Origin: an uncultured Candidatus Peribacteria bacterium
GTDB taxonomy: Bacteria > Patescibacteriota > Gracilibacteria > JAHISY01
Length of the DNA stretch: 64,000 nt
Assembly (NCBI GenBank): GCA_964452725.1
Contig: CAYVMX010000003.1
Coordinates: 6,670-70,669 of the forward strand
Direction of reading: 5' to 3'
Shown piece after piece: positions 34,915-43,968 of this stretch (its first letter is position 1; every line of letters begins with the position of its first letter). The notes beneath the pieces are model-generated. The model was not told where the DNA came from. It ran no database searches and worked only from the letters and a program-made list of their open reading frames with translations. The position numbers and the translations under genes were made by a program.

Positions 34915-37212
34915 ATGCTAAAAAAATTCTGCTCCCAGCTTCGATCATACTGCGGACTGACACACCTGCTACTCCTAGTGGTCGTTGTGTTGGCCCTCAT
35001 CGTACTACCCGATAGCACGCTAGCGGCAGATCCAGCGGCTAGTCCTCTCTCAGGATATAACGTCAGCAAGATCGCTGATGGTATCAAGGTCATTGCCTAC
35101 TGGGTAGTTGGTGGTATTTTATTTTTGATTTCGTTTATCGCGATCGGTGTAGGTGATCTCATGGACTCGACCTTCATCTACGATGCTGGCATGGGTGAGA
35201 CGCTCTACACTATGTGGAGTACTATTCGTGACTTCGTCAATATCGGATTCATACTCGCGCTACTCGGCCTAGCGGTGCTCGTGATACTCGGACTGGGAGA
35301 CGAAGGTGGACTCGCGAAACTCAAGAAAATCCTACCCAAGCTCATTATTGGTTTAATACTTGTTAACTTTACATTCTTTGGTACACGGATCGTACTGACT
35401 ACCTCCGATGTCCTCGCGACAGCTATCTTTAGCTTACCCGGTATGGTCAACAAAGTAACTACAGGACCTCCCATTCCACTAAAGACCATTTGTGGTGATC
35501 TCAGCTTGGAGGCGTGTAAGACTCTCAATAGAGACAAGATCCTCTTCTTTTGGAATCCAACTACAAAAAAGGTAGAAGTCCCAGGTGATTTGAGTACAGC
35601 GCTGAAGGAGAGAATAGATCAAATCAATACTAACTACTCTGAAGGTGGTATCTTTGTAAAAGACTTAAGTGCTAAATTTGACAAGAAAAATGCGATGTTT
35701 ACGACGATGCTCTACATGCTCCACGTAGTGGACCTACAACATATCAAATCTCCTCAACAAAACGTCAGTGCAATAGTCGGTTCGTTATTTTCCATTGTCT
35801 TGGCGGTTATGCTCGGCGTGCTTGTCTTTGCGATGGGCTTGGGTTTGATCGTACGTATGGTCGTACTCTGGGTGCTGATCGCACTTTCGCCGATCCTAGT
35901 GTTGGGTTGGGTGTTCAAAGAGCTCGTACCACAAGTCAGCGAAGCTGCTGGCGGTCTAGATCTCGATAAGCAGTTCATCACCAACGCTTTTCTGCCTGTC
36001 TTCATCGCCGTGCCGATGTCGATTGGTTTTACTATGATCTTTGCCGAAGGTACTTTTACACAGATTACGGGTATCTATGGTGCGACGGAAGGTGCGCAAG
36101 TCGCCTTCTTCAAACTCATTTGGCTCGTCGCTGCCTTCGTGATCATCTGGATAGGTACGTTCAAAGCGCTGGGCAAGAGCGAAGCAGTCGGTAAAATAAC
36201 AGAAAAAATCAAAGGTACAGCGGAGGGTTTCGCTGGTGGAGCGATGAAGACGCTGTCGTATATGCCAGTGATACCAGGACTCAGCAAAGACGGCTCTCTG
36301 AGCTCTATCGGTTCTGTGCTTTCGGCACCATCGAAGATCGAAGGCATGCTCGCTGGACAGACGAGTACGCGCTCTCGTGAGATAGCGACACCTATGGCTA
36401 CATCGCTGGGTTATCGTCAGGAGTTCCGTGCTGATAACGCCTTTGCAACGGATGTAAAGGCGAGTAGCAGTATCAAAGATCTGGCACAAGCCATCAAGAC
36501 TCACCACGATAGCAATGGTACAAATGTAACACTGACTCCAACATTAAAAGATAAACTTACTAATATAGGGTTACCCAAAGCTATCGTAAACAGTAGTAAA
36601 GATTTGGCTTCCCTGCTCGCCAATACACAAATCCGTGGTAAGTTGGCTAAAGAAGGTGGAGCTGCCGGTAAGGAAGTCAGTGACAACTATCTGTCTTACA
36701 ACAAAGTATTTAAAGATAGACAAAAAGATGCCGAAGCAGCGAAAAAGGAGACAAGTGCAGCGGCAGCCGCTGGTGCTGGTTCGTTGACAGCTGGCAGCAA
36801 ATATAGCGGGAATGATGTCTCAGGCTCAACAAACGCAGGTATTCAATCTAATGATAGAGATCTTAACTTTTTCACTGGCAATGTTGCTGGTGATAGAGGT
36901 GCGCTGCTTTATAAGCAAGGTGATAAATACCACTATGTCGATAGTACCAAAGCTCAGATCGAGCAACAGCTCAATACAATCACTGACACAAAGTCTGAAT
37001 CTGGCGCTGTCGTGAGTGCGATCAAACATCTGGAGAAAGCGATGGGTACGGGTATGATGATCGATGTAATCAATGCGATGATTGCTCAGATGGATGATGG
37101 AGCAAAGACTGCATGGAAAAGCAAAGCAGGAGGAGATTTCAACAATGAGCTGGACAATAATGATGTCGGAGCCAAGTGGGACGCTGGATCTGGTAAGTTT
37201 GAAAAAAAATAG
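34915..37212 (+). CDS. Polytopic membrane protein, possibly TrbL/VirB6-like, with a long soluble C-terminal tail
   Basis: Signal/anchor sequence, about 8 TM segments in the first 430 aa, and a low-complexity Ala/Gly/Ser/Lys-rich tail. The start is 1 nt after the previous stop. The VirB6 assignment rests on topology and size only. Confidence 0.6.
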   Translation: MLKKFCSQLRSYCGLTHLLLLVVVVLALIVLPDSTLAADPAASPLSGYNVSKIADGIKVIAYWVVGGILFLISFIAIGVGDLMDSTFIYDAGMGETLYTMWSTIRDFVNIGFILALLGLAVLVILGLGDEGGLAKLKKILPKLIIGLILVNFTFFGTRIVLTTSDVLATAIFSLPGMVNKVTTGPPIPLKTICGDLSLEACKTLNRDKILFFWNPTTKKVEVPGDLSTALKERIDQINTNYSEGGIFVKDLSAKFDKKNAMFTTMLYMLHVVDLQHIKSPQQNVSAIVGSLFSIVLAVMLGVLVFAMGLGLIVRMVVLWVLIALSPILVLGWVFKELVPQVSEAAGGLDLDKQFITNAFLPVFIAVPMSIGFTMIFAEGTFTQITGIYGATEGAQVAFFKLIWLVAAFVIIWIGTFKALGKSEAVGKITEKIKGTAEGFAGGAMKTLSYMPVIPGLSKDGSLSSIGSVLSAPSKIEGMLAGQTSTRSREIATPMATSLGYRQEFRADNAFATDVKASSSIKDLAQAIKTHHDSNGTNVTLTPTLKDKLTNIGLPKAIVNSSKDLASLLANTQIRGKLAKEGGAAGKEVSDNYLSYNKVFKDRQKDAEAAKKETSAAAAAGAGSLTAGSKYSGNDVSGSTNAGIQSNDRDLNFFTGNVAGDRGALLYKQGDKYHYVDSTKAQIEQQLNTITDTKSESGAVVSAIKHLEKAMGTGMMIDVINAMIAQMDDGAKTAWKSKAGGDFNNELDNNDVGAKWDAGSGKFEKK

Positions 37213-37213
37213 A

Positions 37214-38296
37214 CTAGCGGTGTCGCACTTCCTGTCTGCCCCTGTTTACTTGGCTAAGGGAGAGCTGTAGAGCCTTTGAATCTCTAAGTTTTTTAGTACC
37301 TCCCTCAGTCCCCCCTTGGCAAGGTGGGAGTTTCTCAAGAGCTGCCGGATCATGTCCGGCATGACAGAGTAGGTGGTGCGTGAGCAGCGGTGTCTCACTG
37401 CTCTCGGCTTGGAGGCGGGTGATATAGCCGAGGTTCGCCAGTAAACGTGCATTGATCTCTATCAGATACAGTCCGTGGGTTTCGTCAGCGACGAGGAAGT
37501 CGAGTCCCGCGATACCGCGGTAGCCGATCTTTCGCAGTGCTACGCCGACTTTTTTTGCGAGCTGAGTGATTTGTTGTCGAGTTTCCTCGTTCAATCTCGC
37601 TGCGGGGGCGAAGTCGATGCCACCGCTACCACCGGGGTTGGGGTTTAGTCGTTTGACTCCTGTCAGCTGGTAAAACGGCTGAGTGAGGTGGAGCTGCCGG
37701 TCTGTCACGCAGAGATTGAGCGAGTAGGTTGGGAGCTTTTTTAGTGGTGTGATTTTCACACGGTACTCCCCGATTTGCTTTCGCAGGCGCGCTAGACTAC
37801 TCGCCGATTGGACGAAGTGCGTACCACAGCCTGCGTGTCCGCGGCGTAGCTGGACGACGACTGGTTGAGTATATTTCAGATCATTTAGCACCGCTATCTG
37901 TGCTGGCAGGGCTGGGAGTCGGTGTTTTTTACAAAACTCGACGAAGTTGAATTTGTCTTCGAGTTGACTTAGATACCGACTCGGCGGCATGAGGATTTGC
38001 CAGCCGTTTGCCTCAGCGAGGCGTTCGATCTGCGGTGTATTTTTGAAAACCAAGATCTGACTCCCCTGCTTGAGCTTTCGCTTTAATTGCGGGTGTGCGA
38101 GCAGCTCGGCTGTACCTCTGACTCGCGGCAGTCGCAAAAATGTAATGTCTACTCCCCGCTTCGCAGCAGCACGGAGGTAGGGTGAGCTTTTGCCACTCAG
38201 GATTTTTAACCTTGACCAAGCGTATTCCATGCCGTGGATTTTCGCCGGATCAGGTGATATTAGATAGACGGTCTGTTGAGTAGTTTTAGCTGGCAT
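37214..38296 (-). CDS. ATP-grasp family carboxylate-amine ligase
   Basis: GYRGIAGLDFLVADETHGLYLIEINARL matches the ATP-grasp C-terminal Mg/ATP motif, and there is a central Gly-rich loop RRGHAGCG. The start is taken at MPAKTTQQ (38296), overlapping the upstream gene by 11 nt. Confidence 0.75.
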   Translation of the reverse strand: MPAKTTQQTVYLISPDPAKIHGMEYAWSRLKILSGKSSPYLRAAAKRGVDITFLRLPRVRGTAELLAHPQLKRKLKQGSQILVFKNTPQIERLAEANGWQILMPPSRYLSQLEDKFNFVEFCKKHRLPALPAQIAVLNDLKYTQPVVVQLRRGHAGCGTHFVQSASSLARLRKQIGEYRVKITPLKKLPTYSLNLCVTDRQLHLTQPFYQLTGVKRLNPNPGGSGGIDFAPAARLNEETRQQITQLAKKVGVALRKIGYRGIAGLDFLVADETHGLYLIEINARLLANLGYITRLQAESSETPLLTHHLLCHAGHDPAALEKLPPCQGGTEGGTKKLRDSKALQLSLSQVNRGRQEVRHR

Positions 38297-39266
38297 GGGG
38301 AGTAATGATACTGTCCACCTCGGCAAAATTTTCAGCACGGAGAAATTTAGATAGCTCTGGCTCACTAGCTGACCACGCGCGTCCAGTGAGTATGACGACA
38401 GTTTTGCCAGTAGGATTCATTTGCTTGGCAGCGGCAAGGCTAGCAGCACTCTCGGCTGCGGTACGAATATTCGCATTCGTGAGTTCACACTGAGCTGCTA
38501 TGATCTCACTATCTGCGACTGCGACGAGTGCTCCGCCACTAGCTTCGCAGACAGCCTTTAGCTGCTCTAGTTGCTCGAATCTCCTAGCAGATAATCCACC
38601 GGCGAGTTGTCCACTCGAGTAGACACCGTAGAGTCGTGGTAGCTTGCTCATTGCCTCTAGTTTTACTAGCTGCGTGTAAGCATTGAAAATACCCCGCAGA
38701 CTCGCACCACTTGTGACAAAGGTAAAGATATTGGTGAGCGCGCTGTCCTGCCCGTATAGCTCATAGCCGAGTGTTTGGAAGCCAATTACTGCGTTTGTGT
38801 CTACTGAAGGGCGCAAATCTGGTAGTTGAAAGTGCGCAGCAGCATACTTCGCCAGTCGGAGTGGACGATCAGACAAGATCGGTATGACACTAGGACTGTG
38901 TATGAGGGCAGCGAGCTTTGCAGGTGGAGTTTTGGTAGACAAAAACAAAAAGAGCTTCAGGCCAGACTGCTGAGCATAATAACTAGCGCTGATCGCAGCG
39001 TTGCCCGAGCTGGAGAGTACGGCGACCTTCGTGCCCGCACTTTTCAGACAGCTAAGCTGGTAGGCAAGACTACGCCACTTGTGTGAGCCAGTGACACTGG
39101 TGTCTTCGCGCTTGAGTAGGAGTTTGCCATGCTGCTCTAGAGCGGTTGGCTGAGTTTGTTGACTGGGTATTTGTTGGATTGCGTCTGCTGACAAGAGTGC
39201 GCTATAGCGCCAGAAAGGGTCTGTATTTCTAGTACCTAGCGCAGCTTCAAATTTTGCATTTGACAT
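38286..39266 (-). CDS. PLP-dependent enzyme, tryptophan synthase beta-like (fold type II) family
   Basis: LLLKREDTSVTGSHKWRSLAYQL is a lysine motif analogous to SFKDR. Also SSSGNAAISASYYA and a Gly-rich phosphate loop TSGASL. Confidence 0.7.
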   Translation of the reverse strand: MSNAKFEAALGTRNTDPFWRYSALLSADAIQQIPSQQTQPTALEQHGKLLLKREDTSVTGSHKWRSLAYQLSCLKSAGTKVAVLSSSGNAAISASYYAQQSGLKLFLFLSTKTPPAKLAALIHSPSVIPILSDRPLRLAKYAAAHFQLPDLRPSVDTNAVIGFQTLGYELYGQDSALTNIFTFVTSGASLRGIFNAYTQLVKLEAMSKLPRLYGVYSSGQLAGGLSARRFEQLEQLKAVCEASGGALVAVADSEIIAAQCELTNANIRTAAESAASLAAAKQMNPTGKTVVILTGRAWSASEPELSKFLRAENFAEVDSIITPHAS

Positions 39267-39294
39267 TCAGAAAATCCTTATTATACTCCGAGTC

Positions 39295-39447
39295 ATGATA
39301 ACGCTTAAATGTACCGATTGCCAGCACGAGATCGAGTGCGAGCCGAGTGAGCCCGGTGAAATCGTTGAATGTGAAAACTGTGGTGCGGAGTTTCTCATTA
39401 CAAATATCAAGCCACTCCAGTTTGAGCACTTGGATCAGGAGAAGTAG
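39295..39447 (+). CDS. LysW-like zinc-ribbon protein (50 aa), absent from the ORF track
   Basis: My translation: MITLKCTDCQHEIECEPSEPGEIVECENCGAEFLITNIKPLQFEHLDQEK. CxxC...CxxC with GEIVECENCGAEF parallels the LysW GELVVCEDCGAEL block. The acidic tail is present, but the canonical EDWGE end is missing. Confidence 0.5.
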   Translation: MITLKCTDCQHEIECEPSEPGEIVECENCGAEFLITNIKPLQFEHLDQEK

Positions 39448-39460
39448 GAGAGTCTCGGGG

Positions 39461-40939
39461 TCACCAAGAAGTCTCTGAGTTTTTGAGCGCGTTGCGCTTG
39501 TCGAGCTGCTGGACAAACAAGTCGAATCCCCTACCGCCGAGTGGGATCTTGCCTTTGAAATAACAAAAATAAGCAGCAGCTGGTGAGAGCAAGACAAACT
39601 CTCCCTTTCTTGCCCTTTCAAAGCTTTGGCTGACAGCGGTTTTCAAGTCTGGTACTGTCGAGATCTCTAGCTTCGACTTCCCCACCACTAGCTTTTTCAG
39701 CGCAGCTGCCGCCGGACTCTGGATCAGCGTGAGCGAGCGGACTTTTTGTTGCTTGATCGCTCGTGCCAGTGGTGTGTAATCCATACCTTTGGGATCGCCG
39801 CCGACGATGAGATGTATTGAGCCAGCTGGAAAAGCCTCCAAAGCAGCGATAGCAGACTCGGGTGTGGTGCTGGCAGTGTCGTTGATGAAAGCGACTCCCC
39901 TTTTCACTGCGATACGCTCTAGTCGCTGTGGGATTCCTTTGAATTCCGCTACTGCTTTTCGGATTACACTCCAGCTGATACCAGCAGCACGAGTCGCTGC
40001 GATCGCTGCACAGATATTGGAGAGATTGTGCCGACCAGACACTTGGATTTGCTCGATTGGCAGTACACGTGTAGTTAGCTGGTCTTTGTGGACAATAAAT
40101 TTGTTCGACAAGTAGACACCGCGTCGTAATTTACTCTCTACAGAGTAGGGGAGGACTGTCGACTTCACACGCTTCACAAAGCTACGAGTGGCGGTGTCAT
40201 CTTGATTTAGTACGGCGATTTGATTTTTGGTCTGCTGAGCGATCAGACTATATTTACCAGCCTTATATTTAGCGAAGCTACCACCGTACTCATCGAGATG
40301 ATTCCGCGTTACATTCGTGATGACACCGATATCGGGTGCACGATCAAGGGGAAATTTGAGTTGACGGTTACTCACCTCGATCACTAGCCAGTCTTGTACA
40401 CAAATTTTGTCCAGACTATTTAAGATTTGGACATTACGTCGATCATTGCCAGTGAAATAACACTTTTGTCTGCTCGCTTGAACAATTTTTGAGATCAATT
40501 TAGTAGTTGTCGACTTGCCATTGGTGCCAGTCACCGCCAAGATTTGCCCTGGCCAGAGCGCGAAGTAGAGCTGCGTGATAGTCAGAAAACGCTCAGGATT
40601 ACGCTTATAAATAGCCTTCAGTTTACGGTTTGGTGGGTAGGCTTCCCAGTTTTGCGAGACTACTATCAGATCAGCCTTACCGATACCTTTCAAATAATCT
40701 GCTTGGAAGTGAATCTGCTGTCTCTGTGACCAGAGCTTAGTAAAAGTTTTTTCTCTCGCACTGGGGGAAAGACCGAGATGAGTAGCAGCGAAACTGCGCT
40801 TAAACTTCGCCTTGGTAGAGAAGTCGTGACCAGTGTAGGGGAGTCCTAGTTTCGTCAGATAGAGTGCGACAGCTGTACCCTCTGTGCCACTCATACCGAC
40901 TATGTGGATTTGACGAGCTGTACTGAGCCGTGCTAACAT
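39461..40939 (-). CDS. murD: UDP-N-acetylmuramoylalanine--D-glutamate ligase
   Basis: GTNGKSTT P-loop, GRHNLSNICAAIA, FKGIPQRLE...FINDTASTTPESAIAAL...LIVGGDPKG. The start is at MLARLSTARQ (40939), 1 nt after the upstream stop. Confidence 0.88.
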   Translation of the reverse strand: MLARLSTARQIHIVGMSGTEGTAVALYLTKLGLPYTGHDFSTKAKFKRSFAATHLGLSPSAREKTFTKLWSQRQQIHFQADYLKGIGKADLIVVSQNWEAYPPNRKLKAIYKRNPERFLTITQLYFALWPGQILAVTGTNGKSTTTKLISKIVQASRQKCYFTGNDRRNVQILNSLDKICVQDWLVIEVSNRQLKFPLDRAPDIGVITNVTRNHLDEYGGSFAKYKAGKYSLIAQQTKNQIAVLNQDDTATRSFVKRVKSTVLPYSVESKLRRGVYLSNKFIVHKDQLTTRVLPIEQIQVSGRHNLSNICAAIAATRAAGISWSVIRKAVAEFKGIPQRLERIAVKRGVAFINDTASTTPESAIAALEAFPAGSIHLIVGGDPKGMDYTPLARAIKQQKVRSLTLIQSPAAAALKKLVVGKSKLEISTVPDLKTAVSQSFERARKGEFVLLSPAAAYFCYFKGKIPLGGRGFDLFVQQLDKRNALKNSETSW

Positions 40940-41634
40940 ACTGTAAGCTGAAAATAACGCCGCGCGAGGCGAAAACGATAACGACTCGACATAGACTCCA
41001 GTGTCTCTGACTGGAGATATCGTCCGTCCAGACAAATATGCCAGACTTTGCGTGCATAGTAGAGTCCGACGTGTGATGTACCACGCTCGCGGTGGACGAA
41101 AAAAACCAAATCAAGTGGACGCAAACAAGTACGCTTTACAGGTACACCATACGTCGCTTGGTCACGGCTGTTTTTGGGTAGCAGCACCTTCGTCAGGGTA
41201 TAGATAGTACACTGTGTAAATCCCGAACAATCAATACCAGCTCTCGTTGTACCGCCCCAGAGATAAGGTGTTTTGGTATAACGTTTCAAGGCTCGTTCTA
41301 TCGCCAGTTTGCTAGGGCGCGGTATTGCCACTACTCTTTTTTTAGATGGTCGTAGGATTTTTGCCCAGTAGCTGCGCGTAGGTATTTCTCGCACTACTTT
41401 TTGATCGATCCAGCCAAATGTAAAATCCGCCAGCTGAATCAGCAGACAGCCGTTTTCACTACTCAAGATCCGAAAAGGCGGATCAGTACGCGTTACTTGT
41501 GTCTGTCGATTCCGCGTCTTGGCCTGTTCAGTTAGTCGACTCGCATTGCGGATTGGCACTCGAAAGAGATTGGCTGTCTTTTGTTTGAGTCGACCCCAGC
41601 GGATAGTGTTGTCTTGATCAATAAATGTCGTCAT
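40933..41634 (-). CDS. NlpC/P60 (C40) family peptidoglycan endopeptidase with an N-terminal SH3-like region
   Basis: YLWGGTTRAGIDCSGFTQ (catalytic Cys) and TSHVGLYYA (catalytic His). Confidence 0.85.
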   Translation of the reverse strand: MTTFIDQDNTIRWGRLKQKTANLFRVPIRNASRLTEQAKTRNRQTQVTRTDPPFRILSSENGCLLIQLADFTFGWIDQKVVREIPTRSYWAKILRPSKKRVVAIPRPSKLAIERALKRYTKTPYLWGGTTRAGIDCSGFTQCTIYTLTKVLLPKNSRDQATYGVPVKRTCLRPLDLVFFVHRERGTSHVGLYYARKVWHICLDGRYLQSETLESMSSRYRFRLARRYFQLTVC

Positions 41635-41639
41635 AATTT

Positions 41640-42209
41640 CTAGTGGACAGGGGAGTTTCCCTTGTATTTTTCATCACGGACACGTTTCGAGTGGATACAG
41701 CCACAGTAGTCTTGGCGATGGAGGTTAGCTGCCTTGCTCATGGTGATACTTTGTTGGTAGCCATTACATTTTTTCCAGTCAGTTGGCAGATATTTTACCC
41801 CAAATTCAGCCTCCAATTCAGCGCCGATCACATTTATAGCTCGGGCATCTTTGTGTGGGCTCACGGTCAGTACTGCGGTGAAGACCTCAAACCCGTTACG
41901 CGCAGCATATTCTGCTGTGTGTGCTAGTCGCATTTTGTAGCAAACATGGCAGCGCTTACCGCGCTCTGGCTCACGCTCTAGTCCCTGCGTCAGCTCAAAC
42001 CAACGTGTATCGTCATACTCAGTTTCGATCAGTTTAACCCTATTTTTGAAGTATTTACGCGCTTCAGCGAGCCGTAGATCATACTCCGATCTGGGGTGGA
42101 TATTGGGATCATAAAAGTATGCTGTGACCTCATAATCCCTCAATAAAACAGAGAGAGGATAAGTCGCGCATGGCGCGCAGCAGACATGGAGCAAGAGTTT
42201 TTTAGTCAT
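41640..42209 (-). CDS. queH: Epoxyqueuosine reductase QueH
   Basis: LLLHVCCAPCATYPL and the Cys-rich DUF208 pattern (CHVCYKMR..., YCGC). Confidence 0.88.
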   Translation of the reverse strand: MTKKLLLHVCCAPCATYPLSVLLRDYEVTAYFYDPNIHPRSEYDLRLAEARKYFKNRVKLIETEYDDTRWFELTQGLEREPERGKRCHVCYKMRLAHTAEYAARNGFEVFTAVLTVSPHKDARAINVIGAELEAEFGVKYLPTDWKKCNGYQQSITMSKAANLHRQDYCGCIHSKRVRDEKYKGNSPVH

Positions 42210-42250
42210 TTGGCTTCTTAGTTTAATGGAAAACCATTAGAATTACGATA

Positions 42251-43363
42251 ATGTTTGAATTCAAAATCACCGCCAAAGACCAGCAAACAGCGGCGCGCAC
42301 AGGCGTATTTCACACTCCGCATGGTAGTTTTCGCACGCCAGTCTTCATGCCGGTCGGTACTTATGGCGCGGTCAAGACTATCACCCCAGCAGAGCTGCGA
42401 CAGTGTGGTGCTGAGATCATTCTAGGCAATACTTTTCACCTCCACCTACGCCCCGGAGAGGCTACTATCAAGCGATTTGGAGGTATTCAGCAGTTCACCA
42501 GCTGGGACGGACCGATGCTGACAGACTCGGGTGGCTATCAAGTCTTTTCACTCGCACACAGACGTAAGATCTACGACGATAGAGTTGAGTTTCGCGCACC
42601 ACTCGATGGTCGTAAATGTGTCTTCACACCGCGGAAAGTCCTCCAAATACAGCGTGATCTCGGTACAGATATAGCCATGCAGCTCGACGAATGTGCCGCT
42701 GCCGATGCCTCGCGGACAGTCGCCACGCAAGCACTCGACCGTACGACTCGCTGGGCAGAAGAAAGTGTAAAGATTTGGCTTAAGTATCGAGAAAAACAGG
42801 CCTTATTCCCAATAGTCCAAGGTGTGAATTATCCAGACCTGCGCCGACAATCCGCCGACTTTTGTGCTGGACTACCGACACCCGGAGTCGCGATCGGTGG
42901 ACTGGCAGTCGGTGAGACGAAGTCCAATTTTTTGAAAACACTAGAGATCACTATGCCACGCCTGCCCACGAGTAAGCCGCGCTATCTCATGGGAGTCGGC
43001 GAACCAGCTGATATCGTGGCAGCTGTCGCACGCGGCTGTGATATGTTTGATTGTGTGATTCCGACGCGACTCGCTCGCCACGGTGTATTTTTCGATGCGC
43101 GCGGTAAGCGAGTGAGTATGAGGCTTGCCAAGTTTATTAATGACAAAAAGCCTTTAAACAAAGACTGTCGTTGTGAGGCTTGTCGTAATTTCACTCGTGG
43201 TTATCTGCGTCACCTCGTCCAAACCAAAGAGATGCTGGGTTGCCGACTACTCACACTCCACAACCTCACTTATTTGTTTGATTTATTGACTGAGATCCGC
43301 GCTAGTATCCGAGTAGGGAATTTTGCCCAGTTGCAGCGTAAATATGCTTATTCAAAGTATTAG
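42251..43363 (+). CDS. tgt: tRNA-guanine transglycosylase
   Basis: TPVFMPVGTYGAVK, TDSGGYQVFSL and the zinc site CRCEACRNFTRGYLRHL. Confidence 0.95.
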   Translation: MFEFKITAKDQQTAARTGVFHTPHGSFRTPVFMPVGTYGAVKTITPAELRQCGAEIILGNTFHLHLRPGEATIKRFGGIQQFTSWDGPMLTDSGGYQVFSLAHRRKIYDDRVEFRAPLDGRKCVFTPRKVLQIQRDLGTDIAMQLDECAAADASRTVATQALDRTTRWAEESVKIWLKYREKQALFPIVQGVNYPDLRRQSADFCAGLPTPGVAIGGLAVGETKSNFLKTLEITMPRLPTSKPRYLMGVGEPADIVAAVARGCDMFDCVIPTRLARHGVFFDARGKRVSMRLAKFINDKKPLNKDCRCEACRNFTRGYLRHLVQTKEMLGCRLLTLHNLTYLFDLLTEIRASIRVGNFAQLQRKYAYSKY

Positions 43364-43968
43364 TTTTTGACTTAAATAAAGCACTCTCCGCATGATCAAA
43401 TTTTTGATGAACTAAAAAGGCTTAAACTAGACCATAACTCAGTTATACTGCAAGTAAAAATTTGAAACGAAAAAGCTCTAAATCTGTTTTATACAAGCGA
43501 AAGAGTAAAAAGTTTGCACAGAGTGAAGACACTACAAAATAAGGTAAAATAAGAGTTTTCATCACCCAAAAGCGTTAGCATATCGGTGCTTATGGTATGT
43601 AGCAGGCATGAGACTGACTCTGGAGCAGCAGGCCAAAACGTTTGACAGGGGTCGCGTCGAAACCTAAGCTCTCTAGCAAGAAAATCAATGAAATCGCAGC
43701 ACCAAGCCAAAAACAGGTCTCTCTGAAAAAACCGTACTATAGAGAGACTGTGCGTGCGTTACGAAGACCTTCGAAACTTATTTATTCGCTCCTTCACAGA
43801 TCGACCTACGGACTAGACCTCAGCTAAATGAGGCGTCTGGTAGGAGAGCCTATGAGAAGGGCTCAATCAACATTCCAAATAAATCGTTTACTGGAATGAA
43901 CATGTTTCAATCAACAACTTTTTTATTTCTAGATTTCCACAGTGAAATTTAATTTTATTTATTCAACT

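Noticed and set aside
39247-39621. 124-aa minus-strand ORF bridging the murD end and the PLP-enzyme start
   Set aside because: It overlaps the murD 3' end in another frame and is antisense to the LysW-like zinc-ribbon ORF, and it has no motifs. The zinc-ribbon reading is the more convincing one.
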